Below are positions 7,651 through 18,009 of a stretch of 53,182 nucleotides of DNA, one piece after another; position 1 is the first letter of the stretch, and the number at the start of each line of letters is the position of its first letter. The position numbers and the translations under genes are program-made. The stretch is from Nitrospiraceae bacterium. GTDB lineage: Bacteria > Nitrospirota > Nitrospiria > Nitrospirales > Nitrospiraceae. The stretch is from NCBI GenBank assembly GCA_037442105.1, contig JBBIQV010000017.1:1-53182 (forward strand), read 5' to 3'. The notes below the pieces were generated by a model. The model saw only the letters and a program-made list of their open reading frames with translations. It was not told the DNA's origin and did no database searches.

Positions 7651-8314
7651 TGAGCAACAGCCAATTCTGGTATTCTTTGGGCAGGGCAGACACAGGATAG
7701 AACACCGGCGAGAGAAACAGCAAGACCGTGGTGATGATGCCCGTAGTCTGTCCAATATCACGAACGAACACGCCGGTAGCGGACAGTGCCCAGGCCACAC
7801 CCATCGTGGCGATCAGCAGGGGCAGGATGACCAGCGGGAACAAGATCACGGTCCAAGGCAGAGAGACGTTCACGATGACTTGCGCGATCAACAGTACCGC
7901 CAGGCTGATCACGCTATGAAACAATGCCGAGCCCATGGCGACCCACGGCAAAATTTCCAGCGGGAACACGACCTTCTTAACGTAATTCACGTTGGAGAGG
8001 ATGAGGCCCGGGGCGCGATTGACACATTCGGCGAATAATCCGTGCACGATCATGCCCACGAAGAGCACGATGGCGAAATCAGCCTTGCTCTCCTCGCTCC
8101 CCACACCCCAACGTGCTTTGAACACCGCGGAAAAGACAAAGGTGTAGACCGCAAGCATGATCACCGGGTTGAAGAACGACCATGCCAGTCCCATGATCGA
8201 GCCGCGGTACCGGCCGATGACTTCGCGCTTGCTCATCTGCCAGATAAGATATCGGTGATGCCACAAGCTGGCCAACATCATGAACGGTGAAGGAGAATAA
8301 ACTTGTTGATTCAC
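7487..8314 (-). CDS. wzm: ABC transporter permease Wzm (ORF open to 8383)
   Basis: REVIGRYRGSIMGLAWSFFNP, YVKKVVFPLE, SPVFYP, LNPL, KGFADVL. Confidence 0.93.
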   Translation of the reverse strand: MNQQVYSPSPFMMLASLWHHRYLIWQMSKREVIGRYRGSIMGLAWSFFNPVIMLAVYTFVFSAVFKARWGVGSEESKADFAIVLFVGMIVHGLFAECVNRAPGLILSNVNYVKKVVFPLEILPWVAMGSALFHSVISLAVLLIAQVIVNVSLPWTVILFPLVILPLLIATMGVAWALSATGVFVRDIGQTTGIITTVLLFLSPVFYPVSALPKEYQNWLLLNPLTLIIEEARNVLIWGKIPDWPGWGISFGAGLVMAWMGFWWFQKTRKGFADVL

Positions 8315-8366
8315 TTGGACAGCCCTGAATTCTTCGGCCTTTTTGCCGGCAATGGGTAGTCGCTCA

Positions 8367-9266
8367 TCAGCTCGCCGCTTCACGTAAGAGATTCAGCAAA
8401 TATTGGCCATATCCGTTTCTGCACAAAGAGGCCGCCAGCAATTCCAACTGGTTGGCATTGATATAGCCCATTCGATAGGCAATTTCCTCTGGACAGGCGA
8501 TCTTTAAGCCCTGTCGTTTTTCGATTGTTTGAATAAATTGTGCTGCTTCCAGTAATGACTCGAACGTTCCGGTATCGAGCCAGGCCATTCCCCGTCCTAA
8601 CGGGACCACGTCCAGTTGGCCTTGTGCTAGATAGTGCTGGTTGACCGCCGTGATTTCCAGTTCCCCGCGCGCAGAGGGTTTAATGGCTCTCGCGATGCCG
8701 ACTACCTCATGATCATAAAAATATAACCCTGTCACCGCATACCGGGATTTGGGGCACTGGGGTTTCTCTTCAAGACTCACGGCACGGCCTCGGTGGTCAA
8801 ATTCCACGACACCGTAGCGCTCAGGATCATGCACCGGGTAGGCAAAGACCGTCGCGCCATTGCGTTTCTGCGCTGCCCGCTGGAGGTTTGGAGCGAGGTC
8901 ATGGCCAAAAAATATATTGTCCCCCAACACCAGGACGCAGGCTTCCTGCTCGATAAAATCCGCACCGATAATGAACGCCTGGGCAATCCCATCCGGAGAG
9001 GGTTGAACTGCATAACGAAGATTGAGCCCCCATTGCTTGCCATTGCCCAGCAATTGCTCAAACCGAGGAGTGTCTTGAGGGGTTGAAATAACAAGAATAT
9101 CCTGTATGCCGGCCAGCATCAGAGTGCAGAGCGGATAATAAATCATGGGCTTGTCATATACCGGCAACAGTTGCTTACACACCGCCTGCGTAACCGGATA
9201 GAGTCGGGTTCCTGATCCGCCGGCGAGAATAATCCCCTTCATGCTAATCCTTTCATTAGCCTGCAT
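8367..9266 (-). CDS. rmlA: Glucose-1-phosphate thymidylyltransferase
   Basis: [38 protein letters not shown]. Confidence 0.96.
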   Translation of the reverse strand: MQANERISMKGIILAGGSGTRLYPVTQAVCKQLLPVYDKPMIYYPLCTLMLAGIQDILVISTPQDTPRFEQLLGNGKQWGLNLRYAVQPSPDGIAQAFIIGADFIEQEACVLVLGDNIFFGHDLAPNLQRAAQKRNGATVFAYPVHDPERYGVVEFDHRGRAVSLEEKPQCPKSRYAVTGLYFYDHEVVGIARAIKPSARGELEITAVNQHYLAQGQLDVVPLGRGMAWLDTGTFESLLEAAQFIQTIEKRQGLKIACPEEIAYRMGYINANQLELLAASLCRNGYGQYLLNLLREAAS

Positions 9267-9275
9267 TATTCCGAG

Positions 9276-10407
9276 TTATGTTCCTCTTTCGGTGTAGTTC
9301 TTTTTCACCCAATCTTGGTATCCGCCGCTTGTCACCTTCTCGACCCAGTTTGGATGATCGAGATACCACTGCACGGTTTTGCGTATCCCCGATTCAAAGG
9401 TTTCCCGTGGTCTCCAGGAAAGGTCCCGCTCGATCTTTCTGGTGTCCATGGCATATCGCCGGTCATGGCCGGGTCGGTCTTTGACATATGTCATCAGTGA
9501 GGCATAGGGTCGGCCATTAGCGGCTGGTTCTAACTCATCCAGCGTGCCGCAAATTGCTTTGACGACATCCAGGTTAGTTTTTTCGTTACATCCGCCGATG
9601 TTGTAGACCTCACCCATTCGGCCTTGCTCCAGAACCCGTCTGATCGCTGCGCAGTGGTCTCCGACATAGAGCCAGTCACGCACATTGAGACCATCACCAT
9701 AAATCGGCAGTGGTTTCCCGNNNNNNNNNNNNNNNNNNNNNNNNNNNNNNNNNNNNNNNNNNNNNNNNNNNCAAGGCATTGAGAATCATCAGCGGGATCA
9801 GTTTTTCAGGAAATTGGTAAGGACCATAGTTGTTGGAACAATTGGTGGTGAGGGTGGGCAGCCCATGGGTGTGGTGGTAGGCACGGACTAAATGATCAGA
9901 TGCAGCCTTGGACGCGGAATAAGGGCTGTTGGGCGCGTATGGGGTCTCTTCCTTAAAGGGGGGGTCATCGGGCCCTAGCGAGCCGTACACTTCATCGGTC
10001 GACACGTGCAGAAAGCGAAAGGCAGTTTTGTCGACGTCGCTAAGCTTCGTCCAGAAGGCTCTCGTTTCTTCTAAGAGGTGGAAGGTGCCAAGGACGTTGG
10101 TGAGGATAAAATCCTCGGGACCGTGAATGGATCGGTCCACGTGGCTTTCCGCAGCAAAATTAACGATCGCGCGAGGCTGGTGAGTCACCAGCAGCTTATG
10201 AACCAAAGCCCGATCCCCGATGTCCCCATGCACGAATACATGGCGAGGGTCGTCTTCGAGGCTAACAAGATTGCTTAAGTTTCCCGCATACGTGAGCTTG
10301 TCCAGATTGACGACCGCCGTACCATTTTCCGCTATCCAGTCCAGCACGAAATTCGAGCCGATAAAGCCCGCGCCGCCGGTCACTAAAATGGACTCACCAA
10401 CATTCAT
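9276..10407 (-). CDS. rmlB: dTDP-glucose 4,6-dehydratase, interrupted only by an assembly N gap
   Basis: [45 protein letters not shown]; halves end ILNAL and start [10 protein letters not shown]. Confidence 0.95.
9721..9771. other. Scaffold gap (51 N)
   Basis: Run of N; flanking protein continuity suggests only about 2 nt are truly missing. Confidence 0.95.
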
Positions 10408-10445
10408 CTACTTAAGAATTTGCCGTGGGGACTAGAGTTCGCCGC

Positions 10446-10545
10446 TTAGCCGGCGAGTCTGACCAGCCCAATCGCCATCAGAATCCAAAAAAGATACGCC
10501 AGGCTACCGGCGAACATGAAGTCGAAGAGATTTGCGAATGCCCAT
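10446..10545 (-). pseudogene. 3' relic of a second O-antigen ligase-like gene
   Basis: NLFDFMFAGSLAYLFWILMAIGL vs NFFDYMFAGSLASLFWILVATGL in the adjacent gene. Confidence 0.8.
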
Positions 10546-10654
10546 CTGAGGGAGGCATTTTGGGCGTGATCACAGTAAACCAAACCGGAGCCATCGGTCA
10601 ATAGGGCCTTAGGGCCGTATAATGTTCCCCCGCAGCAAGCTGCGCCGAGTTTCA

Positions 10655-11929
10655 CTAAGAACTCGACGCTGGCTGGGTCGGCTCGGTTGTCGAGTCTTTG
10701 TCAACTACGGATAGGCCAGTGGCCACCAGTATCCAAAACAAGCTCGCGAGACTGCCTGCGAACATGTAGTCAAAGAAATTGCGGACGGCAAAACCGACGA
10801 CCATCACTGCCACCGCCAAAGCAAATATGTGCGCCGGCCGTCCAAGAGCAACTCGGCCGCCGGCAATGACAGACCGCGTGGCCCTCGCGAACAACCAGAC
10901 AAAACAGGCCAACCCCGGCAGCCCACTTCCCAACGTCACCATTAAGAAGGTGTTGTGCATGGCGGGGAGCACGGCTTCTTTTACATTAAGCTCTCTTTGG
11001 GCTTGAGGGGAATATTCAGGATGCCGTTTTAAGAATGTATCATTTCCATAGCCCACACCAACCACAGGATGCTTCAGAACCTCATCGATTCCAATCTTCC
11101 ATACGGCAATCCTGGCATCTAACGTCCACGGGTCAAGGGTGTCGCGTTGATAGCCGACTTGGGACAATGCGACGAGGACGAACCCTAGAACGGCGGCACT
11201 TGCCCCAGTCCACAAGAGGAACCGCCGAAAGCGCGCGAAAGCCCCATAGGCCAGGCCTTCGGCAAAGAGCGCCAACCATCCAGCCCGAGTATAGGCAAAG
11301 ACCTGCCCGAGAAACACTAAAATCGTGACAAGACCGGCGACACCTCGTAGCCACGCACGCCGACAGGTGGCAAATGCTGCGATCGAAACGGGAAGAGCGA
11401 TAATCATGTACGTCGTCAACCAGTTGTAATCGGATGAGGGAGCCCCTGCTCGCACGAAGCGGTCCCGCCATGTGCCTCCGCGCTCGACAAAATCCGTCAA
11501 GGCGTAGACTGACAAGACTCCGGCTCCGACTACGACGGCCCACCTGATCCGCATGTTCATGTCTCCGTCAGGATTGGCGCGAAGAACGAGCAGGGCCCAG
11601 TAGAAGACCAGCACATGTGCGCAGAATTTTCGCCACTCGGCAAAACTGTAGGCGAGATCCGTCGCAAATGGAATCGTGAGCAACACCCACCCGATGAAAA
11701 GCCCCAAGGGAACGTCAATAGCTGTGCGAACCCAGGGCCTGCGTCCCTCGCTCCAGGCTGTCGCCAGAGCCAATGCGAACATCCCGAAGAAGAAGTACTC
11801 CTGAAGATGGGACCAGGATGGAAAAAAACTCGTAAACGTGATCAGCGCAAGGCTATAGCCCTGAGCTTTCCAGATTGCTCGTCTGACTTGGCCACAAGGC
11901 AGGGATAAGTGTGCCCCAGGAAATATCAT
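10655..11929 (-). CDS. O-antigen ligase family (Wzy_C/WaaL-like) membrane protein
   Basis: Polytopic; YTRAGWLA, RIAVWK, HPVVGVGYG, HNTFL..GLPG. Start uncertain (ORF open to 12022). Confidence 0.85.
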   Translation of the reverse strand: MIFPGAHLSLPCGQVRRAIWKAQGYSLALITFTSFFPSWSHLQEYFFFGMFALALATAWSEGRRPWVRTAIDVPLGLFIGWVLLTIPFATDLAYSFAEWRKFCAHVLVFYWALLVLRANPDGDMNMRIRWAVVVGAGVLSVYALTDFVERGGTWRDRFVRAGAPSSDYNWLTTYMIIALPVSIAAFATCRRAWLRGVAGLVTILVFLGQVFAYTRAGWLALFAEGLAYGAFARFRRFLLWTGASAAVLGFVLVALSQVGYQRDTLDPWTLDARIAVWKIGIDEVLKHPVVGVGYGNDTFLKRHPEYSPQAQRELNVKEAVLPAMHNTFLMVTLGSGLPGLACFVWLFARATRSVIAGGRVALGRPAHIFALAVAVMVVGFAVRNFFDYMFAGSLASLFWILVATGLSVVDKDSTTEPTQPASSS

Positions 11930-11960
11930 GGGAACATCAAGGATGGAAGAGGATTGTTGG

Positions 11961-12815
11961 TTATGAGGCTTGGGCGGGAGTCGGAACATGCATCTCGTGC
12001 ATGAATCGGCCCAGCGCCTCACGCCATTCAGGCATCACGATTCCCGCTTGGCGAACCCGTTCAAGCGAGAGCACAGAGTAAGCCGGCCGGCGAGCCAATC
12101 GACCAGCCTCTGCAGAGGAAATCGGTTCTACGGACGTTGCAGGACTGATCAAGCTCACGATCTCCTTTGCAAACTCGTGCCACGTGCAGTTGCCTGTATT
12201 TGTGGCATGTACGACACCGCAAAGATCAGTTGCCAGAAGCTTCTCTAGAGCCGCTGCTAAGTCACCCGCATGAGTTGGAGCGCCACGTTGGTCCGCCACG
12301 ATGGCCAAGACCGGACGCTCTGTTGCCAGCCGCATGATTGTCTTGACAAAATTCCGCCCACTTTTCCCGTAAAGCCATGCAGTACGCACCACTAAGGTAT
12401 CGTGGCATACCGCCAACGCGCGTTGCTCGCCTTCCAGTTTGGAACGCCCATACACATTAAGGGGGTTCGGGGTGTCTGTCTCCAAATAAGGAGTCCGTTT
12501 CTCCCCGTCGAACACGTAGTCCGTCGAAATGTACAACAGTCGTGCCCCAACCTTGGCTGCTGCCTGTGCGACACGCTCCGTGCCATCGGCATTGATCAAC
12601 ATCGCCCGCGCGGGTTCCCGCTCGGCCCCATCCACGTCAGTATAAGCGGCCGCATGGATCACAACATCCGGATTGACTTCGATGATCCGGTCCTCGCTTC
12701 GTGGTTGCGAGAGATCAAAGGTCGGCAGATCCAGCAACGTGAGGTCGTGGGACCGAAGAACCTGTTGCAGTTCACACCCGAGCTGCCCACCTGCGCCGGT
12801 AATTACGATCCGCAT
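11961..12815 (-). CDS. rmlD: dTDP-4-dehydrorhamnose reductase
   Basis: ITGAGGQLG, HAAAYTDVD, ISTDYVFDG, YGRSKLEGE, RPAYS. Confidence 0.95.
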   Translation of the reverse strand: MRIVITGAGGQLGCELQQVLRSHDLTLLDLPTFDLSQPRSEDRIIEVNPDVVIHAAAYTDVDGAEREPARAMLINADGTERVAQAAAKVGARLLYISTDYVFDGEKRTPYLETDTPNPLNVYGRSKLEGEQRALAVCHDTLVVRTAWLYGKSGRNFVKTIMRLATERPVLAIVADQRGAPTHAGDLAAALEKLLATDLCGVVHATNTGNCTWHEFAKEIVSLISPATSVEPISSAEAGRLARRPAYSVLSLERVRQAGIVMPEWREALGRFMHEMHVPTPAQAS

Positions 12816-12927
12816 CCCTGCCCCTCTTCCAGACGCTTCTTGTATTCTGGCTTCCAGCCTAATTGATGTAACCGCTGACAATCAATCGGGCACTGCCGAT
12901 CGTGCCCGGGACGGTACAGCCACCACT

Positions 12928-14016
12928 TCACGCTTCCATCACCCGCTGGAACACACGTACGGTTTCCCGCGCCGTCCGCTCCCATGAAAACTGCGCGGCC
13001 CGGACCAGACCTTTCTCCCGAAGCGTGCAACGCAGCTCTGCGTCAGCCAACACCCGTTCCAGATGCCTTGCAAACCCGTAACTGTCCAAAGGGTCCGCCA
13101 ATAGCGCCGCGTCTCCGGTGACTTCCGGCAGCGAGGAGGCGTTGGAAGAGATGACGGGACAGCCGCAAGCCATCGCCTCGATCACCGGCAATCCGAACCC
13201 TTCATAGCGCGAGGGGAACACCAACACTGCTGCCTGTTGATAGAACTTCACGAGCTGCGCATCGTCCACGACCCCGGCAAACCGGACATTCGTTTCGATC
13301 CCAAGTTGCCGCGCCTGATCACGCAAATCCTGACGTCGCCGCAAGTCCCCCACGAATATCACATCATGCTCGCCCTGTAATGCAGAAGGGAGCTGAGCGA
13401 AGGCCCGCAGAAGCGTTTCGACGTTCTTCGTCGGATCAGAGCCGGCTACGCAGAGAATGTATGGACGACTTGATCGTCCACGTCCCTCACAATCTGGACG
13501 GAACCGGTCCAAGTCCACGCCGGGATAGACGACGCTCACTCGGTGGGCCGGTAGGTCCAACCGCTCGATGATGTCACGCCGGGAACAATTGGATAGGGTC
13601 AACACGTGATCCACTTGCGTCCGTCGATCCGGAATGAGTAGATGCTCAATAAGGCTGTTCCACCCGGGGCGAGGGCGCAGCGTCTCGAAAAGCAGCGGCT
13701 TCACGTCATGGATGGTGGCCACAAACTTGCCACGCTTCCAAACCACCACGGAATCATGCGGAAAGTGGAGCACATCGTAGCGACCGACTAACTGAGGCGC
13801 AACTTGCTCCCACACACGTCGCTTGAAGATGGGAATCCGAATGAGATGGTAGCGAACGTTGGGCCGCTCAGGAAATCGGCAGGTCATCTCCGGCATAAGG
13901 ACGTGATACTCGTTTTCCTTATCGACCCGCCCCAAGGCAGCGATCAGGCCTCGACAATAACGCCCGATTCCGACGTTGAAATTTTTCAGATGCCATGCGG
14001 CGATCACGATCTTCAT
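12928..14016 (-). CDS. Glycosyltransferase family 4
   Basis: [25 protein letters not shown]. Confidence 0.92.
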   Translation of the reverse strand: MKIVIAAWHLKNFNVGIGRYCRGLIAALGRVDKENEYHVLMPEMTCRFPERPNVRYHLIRIPIFKRRVWEQVAPQLVGRYDVLHFPHDSVVVWKRGKFVATIHDVKPLLFETLRPRPGWNSLIEHLLIPDRRTQVDHVLTLSNCSRRDIIERLDLPAHRVSVVYPGVDLDRFRPDCEGRGRSSRPYILCVAGSDPTKNVETLLRAFAQLPSALQGEHDVIFVGDLRRRQDLRDQARQLGIETNVRFAGVVDDAQLVKFYQQAAVLVFPSRYEGFGLPVIEAMACGCPVISSNASSLPEVTGDAALLADPLDSYGFARHLERVLADAELRCTLREKGLVRAAQFSWERTARETVRVFQRVMEA

Positions 14017-14173
14017 GCAGAAGGCTAACGGCAGGGTCCGATATAACTGAGCCACCGTGGTTCGTCAATGTTTTTCAGCACCGCGCGCCTGGCCCACCCA
14101 GTGACTTAGGATGCACTTTGATCGTGCCGCGGTTCCCGCTATCATAGAGCCAACCCTATTCAGCAAGCATCCC

Positions 14174-15049
14174 ATGCCCCTCGTCACTGCCATTATCCCG
14201 GCGTACAACGGCGTGTCGCGCTACCTGGAGCAGGCGATCCAGAGCGTGCTGGCCCAGACGTATCGCGATGTCGAATTGATCGTCGTGGATGACGCGTCCA
14301 CTGACGAAACAGCACGCCTCGTACTGCGCTACCCTCAAGCCCGCTATGTGCGTCGCGCCGTGAATGGAGGCCAGGCAGTTGCGCGCAATGACGGGGCACG
14401 GCTGGCCAAGGGAGGCTATCTCGCCTTTCTCGACCAGGACGATCTGTGGAAGCCTACCATCATCGAGGAGACCGTTCGAATCATGGAAGACCACCCGCAG
14501 GTCGCCGTCGTGCACTGCGACGGCTATCAAGTGAACGAAGCCGGCGAGATTTTGGAGTACGACGCGGCCATAAAACACACCGACAGCATCACGCAACTGC
14601 TCCGCGGCGGGCACGATGTCGCCACCTCAGGGTCCCTGTTTCGCAAGACCTGCTTCGACTCAGTCGGCGGCTATGATGAACACTTGCCTGTCTGGGAAGA
14701 CATCGATCTGGCCGTCCGACTGTTCCAGCGATACGAGATTCTCCACCACCCGCATCCCCTCTACTGTCATCGCCTCTATGCACACAATGCCTCGCGAGAG
14801 ATTCCGTCTGAACGGGCATTGGTCGGTAGAAAACGGTTCTTTGAAAAGCATCGTCCGCTTTGTGCGCCCGGCACGATCACGGCCGACGCCTTGAAGCAAG
14901 ACCTGGCGCGGTACTACAGCGACCTGGGGAAGCATCTGATTGCTCAGGGAAACAGACGAGCGGCCAAGGATGCACTCATCAGCTCGATCAAGCTTCAGCC
15001 GTGGAATCGCAACACGTTCCTCCGACTGCTACGCGCTTATTTTCCCTGA
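14174..15049 (+). CDS. Glycosyltransferase family 2 (opposite strand)
   Basis: VTAIIPAYN, VVDDASTD, ARNDG, AFLDQDD. Confidence 0.9.
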   Translation: MPLVTAIIPAYNGVSRYLEQAIQSVLAQTYRDVELIVVDDASTDETARLVLRYPQARYVRRAVNGGQAVARNDGARLAKGGYLAFLDQDDLWKPTIIEETVRIMEDHPQVAVVHCDGYQVNEAGEILEYDAAIKHTDSITQLLRGGHDVATSGSLFRKTCFDSVGGYDEHLPVWEDIDLAVRLFQRYEILHHPHPLYCHRLYAHNASREIPSERALVGRKRFFEKHRPLCAPGTITADALKQDLARYYSDLGKHLIAQGNRRAAKDALISSIKLQPWNRNTFLRLLRAYFP

Positions 15050-15782
15050 CTTCCTCATTATGATGACCATTGAGAGGTACGGCTTTGATGACGAATTGGT
15101 AGGTCAGGCCTTCGCCGCGAACGAAGACGCGAACGAGCATTTTGACCACCTCGAGCAAGACCCTCCTCGCAAACGAGGACGTTTTGCGCAGGTAGCCGTC
15201 CATCAGGGAAGCGTCCAGGATTCTGACGATTTCTTCGATTCTAAACCCGGTTTCGCGCATCAGCTCCTCGATCGACTTCAAAGTAAAAAAACGCAGGTGC
15301 GTCCGGTCCAGCAAGCCGGCATCGCCATAGTTGAATTCGCCGAACAACAAACTCAGGCGCAGGCTGCGGTGCGCCACATTGGGAATGGAAGCGACGACAT
15401 AGCCGCTGGGAGAAATGAGCGCCCGCAGTTTCCCCAGAACGCTGGCGGGATCCTGTAAATGCTCCAGCACATCTCCAAAAGTAATGACGTCGAACTGTTC
15501 GGCAACAATTTGCCTTCGCATGTCGTCGCATTCAATATCGCCTACGACGATCTGGTCACAGTAGGGTCGGACCATCTCCGCCATTTCTCGATCCTGCTCG
15601 ACGCAGGTCACCCGACACTGGGCCTGCTTGAGCCGTTGAGTTACGTGACCCATCCCCGGCCCTACCTCCAGTACACGTTTGTTCCGGCCAACCATCCTCA
15701 AGAGCTCCACATGAGGACTGTTCGATGCGCTCATGTCGATTGAGCCGCCGTACTTGGTCGCCCCACGAGTGAACATCCCCAT
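14988..15782 (-). CDS. Class I SAM-dependent methyltransferase (polysaccharide-cluster type)
   Basis: VLEVGPGMG, FGDVLEHLQDP, SIPNVAH, GLLDRTHLRFFT. Confidence 0.88.
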   Translation of the reverse strand: MGMFTRGATKYGGSIDMSASNSPHVELLRMVGRNKRVLEVGPGMGHVTQRLKQAQCRVTCVEQDREMAEMVRPYCDQIVVGDIECDDMRRQIVAEQFDVITFGDVLEHLQDPASVLGKLRALISPSGYVVASIPNVAHRSLRLSLLFGEFNYGDAGLLDRTHLRFFTLKSIEELMRETGFRIEEIVRILDASLMDGYLRKTSSFARRVLLEVVKMLVRVFVRGEGLTYQFVIKAVPLNGHHNEEVRENKRVAVGGTCCDSTAEA

Positions 15783-15848
15783 TCGTTCGTTCCTCTCACC
15801 CTCGGTATGTCTACCGCTGCGGTTGTCGGATTGTCATTTTCTGGACTC

Positions 15849-16772
15849 TCAGCTTCTCGACGAATCCCGGACCGAGAACGCCCGCATGCCTCCGGGGAGA
15901 AACATCCGAAGCAACCGCGAATAGGTGCGCCATTTCAGAGGATTGTGTTGGAGTGAGCGGAAGAACATGCGACGGGCGGCCCGGCGATTGCTGTTCCTTA
16001 ATTCATTCATGCCCCAATCCGAAAAACAGTCTCCGAGCATCTGTTCGATGAGCTTCTGCTTCTGACTGTCGCCCGCGTAGAGGTCCTGCATGCGCAGCAG
16101 AAAGCGTTCACGACTTTGCACGACTCTGAGTTTGCCGGAGTGGCTGAAGCCGTCGCCGTGGATCCGGTAGCATAATGCAGATTCCTCAAGAAACAGAAAC
16201 CGCCCCTGCTGTCTGAGACGGGCGCACAGATCGAAATCCTCAAACCCGGTCAGATATGGATCAAACCCGCCGACCTGCTCAAGCACATCCCTGCGCACCA
16301 ACATGGATGAGGGCAAGACTAATCCCTCCCCTATCAGGCGGCCGAGCGGAGAAGCCAGTGCTGAGGAACGTTCTTTCAACGTCGTCCCGACATCCAAGAG
16401 GCGACCTTCTCGATCCATGCGATCCGAGTTTGAGTACACGAGCACCGCGTCGGGATCGGCCTGCAAGGCGGTGACCTCACGCTCAAGTTTCTGTGGGTAC
16501 CACCGATCATCCTGATCCAGGAAGGCCACGTATCGACCTGCGGCATGACGAATCCCGGCATTACGGGCGGCACCTTGCCCAGCGTTCGCTTGTCGAATCA
16601 CGCGCACGCGATCACCATACTGCTTCAGGAGATCAATGGATCCGTCCGTTGACCCGTCATCCACGCCGATGACCTCGTAATCCCGGAACGTTTGAGCGAA
16701 CACGCTATCGAGCGCCTCCTTCAAGAACCGCTCTCCGTTGAAGACCGGAATGGCGACGCTGACGGTGGGCAT
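15849..16772 (-). CDS. Glycosyltransferase family 2
   Basis: VSVAIPVFN, VDDGSTD, AFLDQDD, EDFDL. Confidence 0.92.
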   Translation of the reverse strand: MPTVSVAIPVFNGERFLKEALDSVFAQTFRDYEVIGVDDGSTDGSIDLLKQYGDRVRVIRQANAGQGAARNAGIRHAAGRYVAFLDQDDRWYPQKLEREVTALQADPDAVLVYSNSDRMDREGRLLDVGTTLKERSSALASPLGRLIGEGLVLPSSMLVRRDVLEQVGGFDPYLTGFEDFDLCARLRQQGRFLFLEESALCYRIHGDGFSHSGKLRVVQSRERFLLRMQDLYAGDSQKQKLIEQMLGDCFSDWGMNELRNSNRRAARRMFFRSLQHNPLKWRTYSRLLRMFLPGGMRAFSVRDSSRS

Positions 16773-16929
16773 CGACAAGACACACCTTCTACAAATTCCA
16801 GAAGAATATCCGATCCGATGAGATGGTGAAGATTATGCGAAGGTCATTTCTTCACACATGTTCCACAAATACCGGCGGCCGCGCTTCTGGAGATAGGCAG
16901 GGAAGAACTTCCACAAGCCCTCCTGCGCC

Positions 16930-16958
16930 CCGCAACTGATGTCGAGGATGATGCCCAT
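16930..16958 (-). pseudogene. Possible N-terminal stub of a PIN/VapC toxin
   Basis: TAATG-coupled start giving MGIILDIS, resembling VapC N-termini (MGLILDTS); similarity ends there. Confidence 0.3.
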
Positions 16959-17848
16959 TACCGGAGAGCCCGCAACAATCGCGTGTAGCCGCGCAATCGG
17001 AACGGGGCCTTGCGAATGGCATGGAAGTAATGTTGCCGCGCTTCCGCAGCTTGTCCACATTGCTCCGCCACCCAGCCGCGGAGCAGAAAATAGTTCGCCC
17101 CTTCTCGATCGACCGCCGCGCGCTGGTCGCTGGTCAGCGCCGGTCGTTGTTCCAGTCGTTCCAAAAACTTCCGTCGACTGGCAAGCACTTTCAACCGATG
17201 GGTCATCTCGTCGAACGCCATATCACGGTAGCCATGTCCTCGCTGGAGCTTGCGCACCAAGACTCGATCGACGCATTCGAACTCCGTCACGTCATGGAGT
17301 CGAATCGCCAGGTCCGAATCCTCAGACCCGTACAACTCGGGGTCCAGAGCCCCTACGCGATCCAGCACGGAACGCCGGATCAACAGCGTGGAGGGAAGCG
17401 CCGTATGACCTCCGGCGAAGGCTTGGACAAGCGGCTCTCGGCTGTAGCGGGCCTGCACCCGTTCTTCGACTCGCCCTTGTTCATCGACAACTTCATAATC
17501 GGTATGAACCAGGCCGACCGTGGGCTTCGACCGCATGACGACAAGCTGGGCTTCCAGCTTGCCCGGCAGCCAGACATCGTCGCAGTCTAGCAACGCGACG
17601 AACTCGCCCTTCGCTTCAGCAATGCCTCGGTTGCGGGAGCGGGCCGGTCCCCCATGATCCTGCTGAAACCACATAATCCCGGCGGTCTTCGCCAGTTCAG
17701 CCAGTGCCACCTGCGTGCCGTCCGTCGAGCCGTCGTCCACCACCAAAATTTCGACGTGCGGCACCCCTTGGGCCAGCACGCTCTGCACCGCCTTGGCCAC
17801 AAAGGGGGCGCCGTTGAAGACCGGGATGACGACGCTGACAAGCGGCAT
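16958..17848 (-). CDS. Glycosyltransferase family 2
   Basis: MPLVSVVIPVFN, VVDDGSTD, LLDCDD. Confidence 0.92.
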   Translation of the reverse strand: MPLVSVVIPVFNGAPFVAKAVQSVLAQGVPHVEILVVDDGSTDGTQVALAELAKTAGIMWFQQDHGGPARSRNRGIAEAKGEFVALLDCDDVWLPGKLEAQLVVMRSKPTVGLVHTDYEVVDEQGRVEERVQARYSREPLVQAFAGGHTALPSTLLIRRSVLDRVGALDPELYGSEDSDLAIRLHDVTEFECVDRVLVRKLQRGHGYRDMAFDEMTHRLKVLASRRKFLERLEQRPALTSDQRAAVDREGANYFLLRGWVAEQCGQAAEARQHYFHAIRKAPFRLRGYTRLLRALR

Positions 17849-17946
17849 CACCTCGTCTCCATGTCCTTTGGCCCCGGCTTGCTGCTCGCTCTCGTTTCGC
17901 TTTCCTGCATGTCCAACGTCGATGACCGTGCTGGCTCCTTCCAGAG

Positions 17947-18009
17947 CTAGCAAAAACCGACCGGGGCGGCAAGCTCCGCCCGAAGGAGCGCTAGCTTTGC
18001 CTTGTCCAT
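17947..18009 (-). pseudogene. N-terminal stub of the HEPN/HepT-like partner of the upstream MNT
   Basis: MDKAKLALLRAELAAPVGFC* starts overlapping the MNT 3' end and stops after 20 codons. Confidence 0.5.

Noticed and set aside
9721..9771. Split rmlB as pseudogene or insertion
   Set aside because: The break is an N gap; the flanks ILNAL and [10 protein letters not shown] join with about 2 nt missing.
16833..16930. LWKFFPAYLQKRG as a GT2 C-terminal relic
   Set aside because: Only vague resemblance; cannot be supported without a search.
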